Positions 45,799 to 54,554 of a stretch of 64,000 nucleotides of DNA are shown piece by piece. Under the pieces are notes generated by a model. That model saw only the letters and a list, made by a program, of their open reading frames with translations. It searched no databases and was not told the origin of the DNA. The position numbers were made by a program, and so were the translations under genes. Position 1 is the stretch's first letter. Every line of letters begins with the position of its first letter. This stretch comes from a virus. The stretch spans positions 5,615 through 69,614 of IMG/VR virus record IMGVR_UViG_3300044492_000149; one strand, written 5' to 3'.

Positions 45799-46406
45799 CC
45801 GAACTGAAGATCCCACAGCAATCCCTCCGGTGGACCCGCAGTCAGGTCCGCCGGCGGCGGGCTCTGTACCTGGCTTATGGCTCGAACCTGAGCATGGCTC
45901 AGATGGACCAGCGGTGCCCGGGGGCTGATCCCATCGGCCCGGTCCTGGTTGGTCCTATGTCGCTGGTGTTCCGCGGCGTCGCCGACGCTGTCCATCGCCC
46001 TGGCGGCAAGCTGGCCGGCGGCCTTTGGCGGATCAGTGACGAGAACGAGTTGACGCTGGACCGCCTCGAAGGGGTCCGTAGCCGGTTTTACCTGAAGCGG
46101 TACTTCACGGTCCTGGTCGACGGCCGGCCGGAGGATGCGTTGCTGTACCAGCTGAACATGACCCGCGGCGTGATGCCGCCCAGCGAGGAATACCTGGGCA
46201 TGATCGTCCAGGGGTACCACGACTTCGGCCTCAAGCTGAAGTACCTGGACCGGGCGTTAGCTGAGTCGTGGAACGACAAGAAAGTGACCTGGCGCCTGCA
46301 ACAGCGCCACGACAATCGAGGCCGGCCAAAGCTGGCCAAGAAGAGACGACGGCAGGAATTCGTCCTGACGGAAGATGAACTTAGACAAGCAGGAGCAAGA
46401 CCATGA
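45795..46406 (+). CDS. Gamma-glutamylcyclotransferase family protein
   Basis: YLAYGSNL..QM..RCP, LDRLEG, PSEEYL motifs. Confidence 0.9.
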   Translation: MTELKIPQQSLRWTRSQVRRRRALYLAYGSNLSMAQMDQRCPGADPIGPVLVGPMSLVFRGVADAVHRPGGKLAGGLWRISDENELTLDRLEGVRSRFYLKRYFTVLVDGRPEDALLYQLNMTRGVMPPSEEYLGMIVQGYHDFGLKLKYLDRALAESWNDKKVTWRLQQRHDNRGRPKLAKKRRRQEFVLTEDELRQAGARP

Positions 46407-46630
46407 AAGTCCAGTATGGCGACCACGTGATCGAAGCCAACGACGCCACCAAGATGCTGCAGGAAATGAAGAAAACCTCGCCATTTGAACAGGAGAAATC
46501 CATGGCTCAGTATGCCTTGGACCTGGCCCAGCGGGCGAAAATGTCGACGGGCAAAAAGGTCCGCATCCGGCCCATCGAAGCCCTGATCAACGACCTGGCC
46601 GCAGCAGGTGTCCTGAAGGTGCTGCCATGA
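46403..46630 (+). CDS. Hypothetical protein
   Basis: AGGAG RBS; ATGA overlap. Confidence 0.65.
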   Translation: MKVQYGDHVIEANDATKMLQEMKKTSPFEQEKSMAQYALDLAQRAKMSTGKKVRIRPIEALINDLAAAGVLKVLP

Positions 46631-46806
46631 CCGAGTATGAAATCGAACGGACCGCCGAGCGGCGGATGGATGCCGTGGACATGCTGCTGATGAAAGGCAG
46701 CATTTCCCAAGATACCTACGACGCAGCCGTCAAGGACATTGACGATTGGGCCGTGAAGAAATATGTAGAACTTTGTAGCAAAAGGGGTTTACTATCCTAC
46801 AGGTAG
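46627..46806 (+). CDS. Hypothetical protein (59 aa), not in ORF track
   Basis: Hand translation MTEYEIERTAERRMDAVD...; ATGA overlap. Confidence 0.5.
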   Translation: MTEYEIERTAERRMDAVDMLLMKGSISQDTYDAAVKDIDDWAVKKYVELCSKRGLLSYR

Positions 46807-46816
46807 ACCGTACATG
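46784..46816 (+). promoter_or_regulatory. Putative early promoter
   Basis: GGGG-TTTACT-N17-TACATG with TACagGTA in the spacer. Confidence 0.6.
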
Positions 46817-46844
46817 TGCGGTGTAACCTAACGGAGAAACCCAG

Positions 46845-47120
46845 ATGAATAACCTTGCTACTGTTATCGACGCCTTCGGTGCCCACAAAGCTGCGATGGC
46901 TGAGCTGAAGAAGAAAGAGGACGAGCTCAAGGCCGCCCTCGCTGACTTAGCCCCCGGTGCTTACGAGGGCACGCTGTTCCGCCTGTCGATTTCCAAGTCT
47001 GAACGCGAAACCCTGGACATGGAAGCGGTCCGCGAGAAGCTCAGCCCGCAGTTCATTCGGGCTCACACTAACGTCACCGAAGTCCGCACCCTGCGGGTGT
47101 CGGCGCGGAAGGCCGCCTGA
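46845..47120 (+). CDS. Hypothetical protein
   Basis: GGAG RBS; coiled coil then YEGTLF...RETLD motif. Confidence 0.7.
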   Translation: MNNLATVIDAFGAHKAAMAELKKKEDELKAALADLAPGAYEGTLFRLSISKSERETLDMEAVREKLSPQFIRAHTNVTEVRTLRVSARKAA

Positions 47121-47251
47121 TGCGGACCTTCCTGATCCTGTTGCTCATGGTCTCCCCGGCGATAGCCGGGGGACGGAGCAAGGTCACGGTCTGCAAGTCG
47201 TCCACGAACATCACGGGTACGACGACCACGACCTGCACGACGAAGAAATAA
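47120..47251 (+). CDS. Putative small secreted peptide (43 aa, two Cys)
   Basis: Hand translation MRTFLILLLMVSPAIAGG...C...C; TGATG overlap. Confidence 0.45.
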   Translation: MRTFLILLLMVSPAIAGGRSKVTVCKSSTNITGTTTTTCTTKK

Positions 47252-47252
47252 A

Positions 47253-47465
47253 ATGGTACCAACCCTAACGACGAACCAGCTCAAGAACCTGCTCCGAGTG
47301 ATCGGGGTCATTTTCTTGCTGCTCTTTTTGATCCGCTTCCCCGAGTTCCTGCCGATCGTTCTCGTCGTTTTCGCGATCCGAATGATCTTCTATTGGCTCG
47401 GTATCCGCCAGTACTTACCCTGGTTCTGTTTTGTCTTCTTCATGTCGTTGTTCCGCGGGAGGTAA
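47253..47465 (+). CDS. Small membrane protein
   Basis: Strongly hydrophobic ORF. Confidence 0.6.
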   Translation: MVPTLTTNQLKNLLRVIGVIFLLLFLIRFPEFLPIVLVVFAIRMIFYWLGIRQYLPWFCFVFFMSLFRGR

Positions 47466-47466
47466 C

Positions 47467-47775
47467 ATGACGATCCAGATCAACATTATCCACCCACGGG
47501 CGCACCTGTCGGACCTTGGACTCTTGCCCAGTTTCTTAAACGAGAACGATCCACGGCCAGCTGCGGAGCAGTTCAACGACCGATACATGTTCGGGGGCTG
47601 GCACCCCATGGCAGGGTTCAAGATGAACGGCCGGCGGCTGAAGTACCCCGGAGACCCAGCCCTCTTGCCGTGGGCTGAGATCCACTTCCGCGACGAGCTG
47701 ATCCTGGTCTACCCTGGCGACTGGGTAGCAATCGTCCAACCCGACAAGTCTTTCGAGGTGTGTAGAATGGATTAG
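47467..47775 (+). CDS. Hypothetical protein
   Basis: GGAGG RBS; DPRPAAEQFNDRY..GGW..LKYPGDP..FEVCRMD pattern. Confidence 0.75.
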   Translation: MTIQINIIHPRAHLSDLGLLPSFLNENDPRPAAEQFNDRYMFGGWHPMAGFKMNGRRLKYPGDPALLPWAEIHFRDELILVYPGDWVAIVQPDKSFEVCRMD

Positions 47776-47910
47776 TCAACGCAGGCGTAGTGGTCAGCGC
47801 GCGTGAGGTGAGTAAACTCCGCCTCGACAAGGTAGGGTTCGGTTTTGCTGTTCTCCCGTGAAACCCTATTAGACCACCCCAAGAAATAAATCTACATTTT
47901 TGATCCTAGT

Positions 47911-47956
47911 GGGGTTTACTTACCTGTAGATCTTCCTTACATTCTTACGTGTAAGG
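47911..47956 (+). promoter_or_regulatory. Putative early promoter with palindromic operators
   Basis: GGGG-TTTACT-N17-TACATT then CTTACgtGTAAG; TACctGTA in spacer. Confidence 0.65.
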
Positions 47957-47966
47957 AGAGAACCCC

Positions 47967-49451
47967 ATGACCCCGACCGTTCAGCAAGCTGCCTTCATCA
48001 CCGCCCTGGTCACCAGCACGAGCAACATCGCCCTGGTAGCTAGGGCGGGCACGGGCAAGACCACGACCATTCTGCAGGGTGTGGCTGCCTACCACGAGAA
48101 GTTCCCCCACCAGGAAATCGTAGTCTGCGCCTTCAACAAGGCGATCGCAGACGAAGTCAAGGAAAAGCTGGTGGCTGCCGGGTATCCCTGGCAGAAGGTC
48201 CAGGGCTCCACGATCCACGCCCTCGGCCTCGGCCTGGTCCGCCCTGTGTTCAAGCCCAAGGTCGACGCCAACAAGGTGCGGGACCTGATCCGCGGCCGCA
48301 ACGAGCTGGTGTTCCAGCAGTATGGCGCTCAGATCGGCGACCTGGTTCGGTACGCCAAGAGCATGGGCTTCGGCTTCTTCCCCGACGTTCAGATCGGCGA
48401 CACCAAGGCCTGGTACGATCTGGCCGACCACTACGACGTAAACGGCTTCGACGACACGAGTGAAATGGACTTCGTGGTCGCAGCTGCTCAGGACATCTAC
48501 CGCGCCTCCCTGGCGCAGACCGACGTCGTCGACTTCGACGACATGATCCTCTTCCCCCTGGTCAAGAACCTGCGGGTCCGGTTCCCGAAGGATCTCATCA
48601 TCCTCGACGAAGCCCAGGACCTCAGCCGGGTCCGCCAGGCGCTGGCCAAGAAATTCATGAACCCCCTGACGGGGCGCATGATCATCGTCGGCGACGATCG
48701 CCAGGCGATCTACGGCTTCTCGGGCGCTGACGCCCAGGCCCTGCAGAACCTGACGACGGAACTGCAGGCCATTACCCTGCCGCTGACGGTAACCTGGCGT
48801 TGCCCGAAGAAGGTAATCGCCGAGGCCCAGCGGATCGTCTCAGACATCGTGTCCGCCAAGGACGAGGACGGCGAGGTACTGCACCTGGACGACTTGCCTG
48901 AGGACCTGCAGGCCACGGACGCCATCCTCTGCCGCAACACGGCTCCCCTCATCAGCATCGCTTACTCCCTGATCCGCAAGGGCATCGCCTGCAAGGTCGA
49001 GGGGCGGGCGATCGGCGAAGGCCTCGTTCGGCTGGTGGACCGCTGGAAGATCACTACGGTCGACGCCTTCATTCGCCGCTTGGAAGACTACAAGGCCCGC
49101 GAGATCCAAAAGGCCATGGCCAAGGGCAACGAGGCCAAGGTCGAGGAAGTCACGGACCGAGTGGAAACCCTCCTGCAGATCTGTCAGGCCGTGACGGCCA
49201 AGGGGCTCCACAGCCTCAACGACGTCCGTCAGTTCATCTTCGCCCTGTTCTCGGACGACGTGAAAGGGGTCCTGACCCTGGCCACGTATCACCGGTCGAA
49301 GGGTCGGGAGTGGACGCGGGTGTTCCTCTGGGAGCACAGCAAGCGCTGCCCGTCCCGAGCCGCTCGGCAGGAATGGCAGAAGCTTCAAGAGCAGAACCTG
49401 GCCTATGTGGCCATCACCCGCGCCAAACACACTTTGGCCTACGTAGGATGA
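47967..49451 (+). CDS. UvrD/Rep-like SF1 helicase
   Basis: ARAGTGKTT, DEAQD, VGDDRQAIYGFSGA, TYHRSKGREW, YVAITRA. Confidence 0.94.
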   Translation: MTPTVQQAAFITALVTSTSNIALVARAGTGKTTTILQGVAAYHEKFPHQEIVVCAFNKAIADEVKEKLVAAGYPWQKVQGSTIHALGLGLVRPVFKPKVDANKVRDLIRGRNELVFQQYGAQIGDLVRYAKSMGFGFFPDVQIGDTKAWYDLADHYDVNGFDDTSEMDFVVAAAQDIYRASLAQTDVVDFDDMILFPLVKNLRVRFPKDLIILDEAQDLSRVRQALAKKFMNPLTGRMIIVGDDRQAIYGFSGADAQALQNLTTELQAITLPLTVTWRCPKKVIAEAQRIVSDIVSAKDEDGEVLHLDDLPEDLQATDAILCRNTAPLISIAYSLIRKGIACKVEGRAIGEGLVRLVDRWKITTVDAFIRRLEDYKAREIQKAMAKGNEAKVEEVTDRVETLLQICQAVTAKGLHSLNDVRQFIFALFSDDVKGVLTLATYHRSKGREWTRVFLWEHSKRCPSRAARQEWQKLQEQNLAYVAITRAKHTLAYVG

Positions 49452-49834
49452 AAACGATGTTGATCTTCGTGTATGGAACCCTCAAGCGGGGTTACTGGAA
49501 CCACGAGGCCTTCATGGAAGGCGCAGAGTTCCTGGGCGAGTGCCAGACTGTTTCTCCCTACGGCATGACTGGCCACGGCTTTCCGATGATCTTCCGCGAC
49601 CGCAAGGGCAAGCCCGTGACCGGCGAGCTGTTCGAGGTACCACGGGCTAACCTGCCTGAACTGGATCGCCTGGAGCAGCACTACGTCCGCATCCGCGGCA
49701 GGATCAGGATGGCCGATGGCCGGATCGTTTGGGCCAGCTACTACGTCGTCCGCCCCCGCCAATCCGGTTTTACTTTCCGCAGCAACGATGAATGGGACAA
49801 AGGAGACGCGTTCACATGGCACCGTACCCCGTAA
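49448..49834 (+). CDS. Gamma-glutamylamine cyclotransferase / AIG2-like protein
   Basis: IFVYGTLKRG..NH, VTGELFEV, LDRLE. Confidence 0.88.
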   Translation: MKTMLIFVYGTLKRGYWNHEAFMEGAEFLGECQTVSPYGMTGHGFPMIFRDRKGKPVTGELFEVPRANLPELDRLEQHYVRIRGRIRMADGRIVWASYYVVRPRQSGFTFRSNDEWDKGDAFTWHRTP

Positions 49835-50042
49835 AGCCCTATGCCTTCCCCGTCGGCACTGTCATCCCCGGCGAGGGAACAGTGACCGCGACGCCAGGTC
49901 CCTACACGGTCGTGATCGACGGTCGTGTTTCTGTGCCTACTAGTTTACTTCTTCGTCACTTACCCGTACAAACAGAACACTCTGCCTCCGGACCCGGGCA
50001 GAGCACCACAGGTACCCACACGCGGTCCAAGGACTGAACCAC

Positions 50043-50264
50043 ATGGACTTTGTTATCTTCCATCAAGCTATCGACCCCCACGAGCTCACGGGGGAAGAGC
50101 ACCAAGACACGGGCGCGCCCGTGGCTGTGAGCCGCAGCCAGATCCGCAGCTTCAACCCGCGCAAGAACGGCATGCCGGGAACCCGGATCGCCTTCCTCAA
50201 CGGCGCTGGCCTGCCGGTCAGCGAGACCTACGACGAAGTCCTCGCGGCCCTGAGAGGACAGTAG
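50043..50264 (+). CDS. Hypothetical protein
   Basis: AAGGA RBS; V.ETYDEV motif. Confidence 0.65.
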   Translation: MDFVIFHQAIDPHELTGEEHQDTGAPVAVSRSQIRSFNPRKNGMPGTRIAFLNGAGLPVSETYDEVLAALRGQ

Positions 50265-50768
50265 ATGAAGCAGCCCACCGGGACAGTTTGGGACACCCGC
50301 ACCTCCCGGTGGGTTCTTTCCAGGGAACCGAAAACAGCAACGAAAACAGTGAGACAGATCATGAATGAGATATCAGGAAAACCAAACTACGAGCAGATGA
50401 ACGGTCAGCAATTACTAGATGCTTACAACGCCATGTCCCTGACCAAACGGAAATCTAAGTTCCAGACGAAGCAAGACGCCGTGAAAGCTTGCGAGCGGTT
50501 GTGGGCCGAGAAAGCGCCGCAGCCCGCCCCGAAGGCTCCCAGGGCTAGGCCCGTTCGAACGACCACTTCCCGCCTGCAGATGAAGATCTACCCGGCAGGG
50601 GGCGACAAGACTCTGCGGCCCAACAGCGACGGTCAGAAGCATCTTGACAAGATGAAAGGCGAGCCGACGATCGGCGAGTACCTTTCTAAATTCTCGCCGG
50701 AGGCCCGCCGCACGGCCAGCCAATGGCTCTCCAATCTAATCCGCTACAACCTCGTGAGGGTGGAATGA
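50265..50768 (+). CDS. Putative DNA-binding protein (start uncertain)
   Basis: Basic two-domain ORF; C-terminus resembles 44463-44663. Confidence 0.6.
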   Translation: MKQPTGTVWDTRTSRWVLSREPKTATKTVRQIMNEISGKPNYEQMNGQQLLDAYNAMSLTKRKSKFQTKQDAVKACERLWAEKAPQPAPKAPRARPVRTTTSRLQMKIYPAGGDKTLRPNSDGQKHLDKMKGEPTIGEYLSKFSPEARRTASQWLSNLIRYNLVRVE

Positions 50769-51052
50769 AGAAAAGGAAGAAACGGGGCGGGGCTAGCTTG
50801 CCCTGCCCAGACTGCGGCCGGGACAGCCACGTCATCATCACTAACCGTGTCGGCGACGTCGTCGTCCGAAAGCGGGAGTGCCTGGTGAAGCGGGGTTCCC
50901 ACACTTACAACTCCGTCGAAAGAGTCATCAGCGATGAAGATCTATCTGAGCTGCAAATTCAGCAAAAGGAGCATGATGAAAAAAATCGTCCGGCCCGTCA
51001 TCCAGGAACTCGGTCACGAAGTCGTGTCCCGGTGGGTGTGGCAGGACGATGA
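50765..51052 (+). CDS. Zinc-ribbon protein (NrdR N-terminal-like)
   Basis: CPDCG..SHVI..R...RKREC...H.Y.SVE. Confidence 0.6.
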   Translation: MKKRKKRGGASLPCPDCGRDSHVIITNRVGDVVVRKRECLVKRGSHTYNSVERVISDEDLSELQIQQKEHDEKNRPARHPGTRSRSRVPVGVAGR

Positions 51053-51293
51053 CTCAGGTAGGGTTGCCGCCGGGATATGCATCGAGGACCTGAACCAGTC
51101 TGAGGCCCTGATCCTGTTCACGGACCCGATCGGTTCGATGAACCCCGGCGGCGGCCGCTGGTTCGAAGCCGGCTACGCCCACGCCCAAAACAAGAAACTC
51201 ATCGTCGTCGGCAGTCGGGAGTGCGTGTTCTGCTGGCTGCCGTCGGTCGTCCAGTTCGAGGACTTGCACGGCTTAGTGGAGTATCTCCGATGA
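50934..51293 (+). CDS. Nucleoside 2-deoxyribosyltransferase-like protein
   Basis: KIYLS, GHEVVSRW, DL..SEALI, GGRWFEAGYA motifs. Confidence 0.75.
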   Translation: MKIYLSCKFSKRSMMKKIVRPVIQELGHEVVSRWVWQDDDSGRVAAGICIEDLNQSEALILFTDPIGSMNPGGGRWFEAGYAHAQNKKLIVVGSRECVFCWLPSVVQFEDLHGLVEYLR

Positions 51294-51985
51294 AGAAAGC
51301 AGACTACGAGTTAGTCGATTTCTGTTCCATCCAGATGGACAATGGTCACTTCAAGAGGGGCGCTAGCCTGGCCTGCAGCCACTGCAGCAAGAAAGAAGAA
51401 ACGATAATCAACACCGTGAAAGGTCCAGTCGAAAGCGAAGTCGAAGAACGGATCATCATCCACAAATTCAAGAAACTAGGGTGGGTGATAGGAAAGACGA
51501 AGTCCCAGCATCTCTGCGGGACCTGTTTTCTCAGCAAGAAGGAAATCATCATCATGAAAGACGACAAATCAACGGTAATCCCTATGCAATCCACGACGGC
51601 CCTACAGTCTACCCTCACTAGCAAAACTGCCCCGCGGGCTATGACCCGAGACGAGCGATACCTGATCACTATGAAGATCAACGAACACTGGCTCGGGGAA
51701 CAGGTCGGCTACGAAATGGGATGGAGCGACGAGCGGATCGCCACAGACTTAGGGACACCGCGGGCTTTCGTCAGCACGGTTCGGGACGAGACTTTCGGCC
51801 CGGACATCAACGAGAAAGACTCCAAGGTAATCAACGAGGCCCAGGGTCTCTTGAACGAAATCAGGGAGTTCAGCAAGATCACACAGCCGATCGTTCAGCG
51901 CCTCACCGACTTGGCCGGCAGGGTCAAGTCAGTCGAGGAGCAGCTATCCGCGATAGGGATCAATCGGTTAAAATCACCACGGTAA
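51290..51985 (+). CDS. Hypothetical protein with zinc finger and HTH-like region
   Basis: CSHC...LCGTC; WSDERIATDLG.PRAFVSTVRD..FG. Confidence 0.7.
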   Translation: MKKADYELVDFCSIQMDNGHFKRGASLACSHCSKKEETIINTVKGPVESEVEERIIIHKFKKLGWVIGKTKSQHLCGTCFLSKKEIIIMKDDKSTVIPMQSTTALQSTLTSKTAPRAMTRDERYLITMKINEHWLGEQVGYEMGWSDERIATDLGTPRAFVSTVRDETFGPDINEKDSKVINEAQGLLNEIREFSKITQPIVQRLTDLAGRVKSVEEQLSAIGINRLKSPR

Positions 51986-52388
51986 TCCCGACTTCCTGGA
52001 ACATCATCTGCGTCCAATCGGATGAAGACTTCCAAGGCTCTCGGTCCAGGGGCGGCGGCGTAACCACCCGCTTGATGCCCCTGGACACGATCGACTTAGC
52101 ACACTCCTGGCAGGGGAACATCGTCGTCACCAGCGTGGCGCCTTCCAGATCGAACCGGGCAAAGTCCAGGGCATTACGCTCCGCGTGCTGCGTCAGGGCG
52201 TACTTGGTCGGCTTGTCAGCCAACCTCTCAGTCGTGTCCTTAACCCCCGGCGGGAAGCCATTGTAACCGAAGGCGATCAGCCTGCGGTCACGGCCGACGA
52301 CGACAGCCCCCACCTGAGTGGACGGGTCACGGCTCCACTGAGACACGTGCTGGGCTAAGGCAAAGTAGCGGCGGTCCCAGTTGGTCAT
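51960..52388 (-). CDS. dCMP deaminase
   Basis: SRDPSTQVGAV, GYNGFP, HAERNA, PCQECAK. Confidence 0.93.
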   Translation of the reverse strand: MTNWDRRYFALAQHVSQWSRDPSTQVGAVVVGRDRRLIAFGYNGFPPGVKDTTERLADKPTKYALTQHAERNALDFARFDLEGATLVTTMFPCQECAKSIVSRGIKRVVTPPPLDREPWKSSSDWTQMMFQEVGITVVILTD

Positions 52389-52756
52389 CGGGTTAAATCA
52401 GACAGGTCAGGAGCCGTCCAGCCCGCCGGCTTCACCACGTCGTACATGGACTGCCGGGCAGAGTCTGAACCGTCGGGCTGGGCGCGGACCTTCTTCATGT
52501 TGGCTTCGTGGACGCGACGCCAGGCCTCGTCGAAGTCGAAGCCGTAAAGGTACGCTGTCCCGAGGGCGACGTAGACGAGATCCACGAGGGCGTCGAGTTT
52601 CTTTTCCAGGCTTTCGGCGTCGCAGAACTCGTCGAGTTCTTCTTGCATGAACCGAGCCCGAAAATCCTCCAGGGCTCCGGCAATTTCCCGCGGCGGTCCT
52701 TTGTAGTCCAGACCGAACTTCTCGTGAAACTTACGTATATCATCGTACATTGTCAT
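52385..52756 (-). CDS. All-alpha NTP pyrophosphohydrolase (MazG-like)
   Basis: EELDEF, LDALVDLVYVALG, VHEANMKK, VVKPAGW. Confidence 0.88.
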   Translation of the reverse strand: MTMYDDIRKFHEKFGLDYKGPPREIAGALEDFRARFMQEELDEFCDAESLEKKLDALVDLVYVALGTAYLYGFDFDEAWRRVHEANMKKVRAQPDGSDSARQSMYDVVKPAGWTAPDLSDLTR

Positions 52757-54198
52757 TACACAACCCACTCCCTTTGGGGGTCCGAGAGGACCACAGTTGC
52801 CAGATCAATCTTCTTCCGCATAGCGTAGATAATCTTCCACTCGACGGTGTCGCGGGTCACGAAGTCAACGATCGTCACGCGATCCGTTTGCTGAATAGAA
52901 GACGCCCGTTCCTCGGATTGGTCTCTGTGTTCTAAGTTATCCGTGTTCGAGTAGTAAACAATTAAGTTGGCTTCGGACCAGTCACGGCCGCGGCCGCCTG
53001 ATCCCGGCGTGGCGACGATGAACCGGCAGTCAGGATCGTTCTTGAACCTGTTGCTCGACTCTTCCCGGGTGTCGCGGTTCTGTCCCCAGAACGTCACGGT
53101 GGACTGCGCCCCGAACCGCCGCTCGAGGGAGGCCGCCACCTTCTGCAGGTCGCGGGTGTAACTGCACCAGACGATCGCCTTGCCGTCGTGGTCCTCCAGG
53201 AGCTCCAGGAGCGCGTTAGTCCGGTTCTCAGGGACCTGCTCAGTCGTCTTTGTTTCGTCGTCCGTAGCCCAGCCACAGCACAACTGGTGGAGTCGTAGAG
53301 TCGTCGTGATGCTGTGCTGGGAGGACATGAACACCCCGTCGCGGATCTCAGCCGTCGCGGTGGCTTCCATCTGCCGATAAAGCCGTTCCTGAACGGGCGT
53401 CATCTCGACTTCGCGGGTCACGTACAGCTTAGGCGGCACGTCAGCGCAGTCCTCGAGACGCTTGCGGTAGGACCAGGGTTCTAATTTAGACCACAGCTCG
53501 TCGATCTTGTCCGTGTACCGAACCACCAGCGGAATGTGAAACTTGCCGCCGACGATGATGTTCTTAACGATCGCGTATCGCTGCTGGAAGGCCTTGTACG
53601 AAATGAACCCCAGGAGACCTGGTTTCAGGAACTCGAATTGACCCCACAGGTCTAAGGGCGACCGCGGCGTAGGCAAGCCCGACAGGATGCGGACCTTGCC
53701 GGCTAAGGGCCGCAGGTTGTGGATCGACTGCGCCCGATGCGATCCCTTGCCGCTTTGCTCCCACCGCAGGATCGTAGTGCTCTCGTCGATGACTAACATG
53801 GACTGGGGGTGCATCTGCAGGAGGGCAGCGCAGGCGTCCCGAACCTCTTGCACGACGCTGAAGGCCTCGATGTTCGCGATCAGGATCTTAGGCCGCTTCG
53901 TGATCTGGAACAGCGGCGCGATGGACTTCATCTTCAGCTTGCTGTCCCACACGGCGACGATGGACCGCTCCAGCACCCCGTGTTCTAGGTGCTTGTTCAG
54001 TTCCGTTACCCAAACGCGGTAAACTCCTGCCGGTGCAGTGACGACCAGAACCCCGCCGGACCGGTCGAGGGATCTTTGCCAATCGTCGATCGTGACTTTG
54101 GTTTTGCCGGTCCGCATCGTCATCAAGAGAGCGAACGCGTCTTTGTTTTCCATTCGCTGGAGGGCTTCAACTTGGTGGGCGTAAGGTTTGAACGTCAC
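52756..54198 (-). CDS. SNF2-like SF2 helicase
   Basis: PYAHQ, MRTGKT, IDES, LSGLP, LRLHQL, QSEERA. Confidence 0.9.
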   Translation of the reverse strand: MTFKPYAHQVEALQRMENKDAFALLMTMRTGKTKVTIDDWQRSLDRSGGVLVVTAPAGVYRVWVTELNKHLEHGVLERSIVAVWDSKLKMKSIAPLFQITKRPKILIANIEAFSVVQEVRDACAALLQMHPQSMLVIDESTTILRWEQSGKGSHRAQSIHNLRPLAGKVRILSGLPTPRSPLDLWGQFEFLKPGLLGFISYKAFQQRYAIVKNIIVGGKFHIPLVVRYTDKIDELWSKLEPWSYRKRLEDCADVPPKLYVTREVEMTPVQERLYRQMEATATAEIRDGVFMSSQHSITTTLRLHQLCCGWATDDETKTTEQVPENRTNALLELLEDHDGKAIVWCSYTRDLQKVAASLERRFGAQSTVTFWGQNRDTREESSNRFKNDPDCRFIVATPGSGGRGRDWSEANLIVYYSNTDNLEHRDQSEERASSIQQTDRVTIVDFVTRDTVEWKIIYAMRKKIDLATVVLSDPQREWVV

Positions 54199-54292
54199 TG
54201 TTTTCTCCGTGGAAAAGAACCTCGGGTCTTTAATCTACCAGTATACAATACTACAAAACTATGGGATACAGGAATTTAATCATGGAGGTAAC

Positions 54293-54553
54293 ATGACGAG
54301 TCCGCTCGACGAGATACTCAAGCAGCGTGGCACTGTCCACGGCGACTTCACAGATGTTGCCGACGTCAGCCAGCAGCTTAAGGCTGTGCTCCAAACGGGC
54401 AAGTCCTGGAACGAGTTGACAGCGGTCCAAAAGGAAAGCCTGGAGATGATCATGCACAAGGCCGCCCGCATCGTTTCGGGAAACCCCAACCACCACGACC
54501 ACTGGGATGACGTTGCCGGCTACGCCACGATCACATCCAAAAGGATCGTCTGA
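54293..54553 (+). CDS. DUF6378-like protein
   Basis: RG.VHGDF...KAARIVSGNP..DHWDDVAGYA; GGAGG RBS. Confidence 0.75.
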   Translation: MTSPLDEILKQRGTVHGDFTDVADVSQQLKAVLQTGKSWNELTAVQKESLEMIMHKAARIVSGNPNHHDHWDDVAGYATITSKRIV

Positions 54554-54554
54554 C

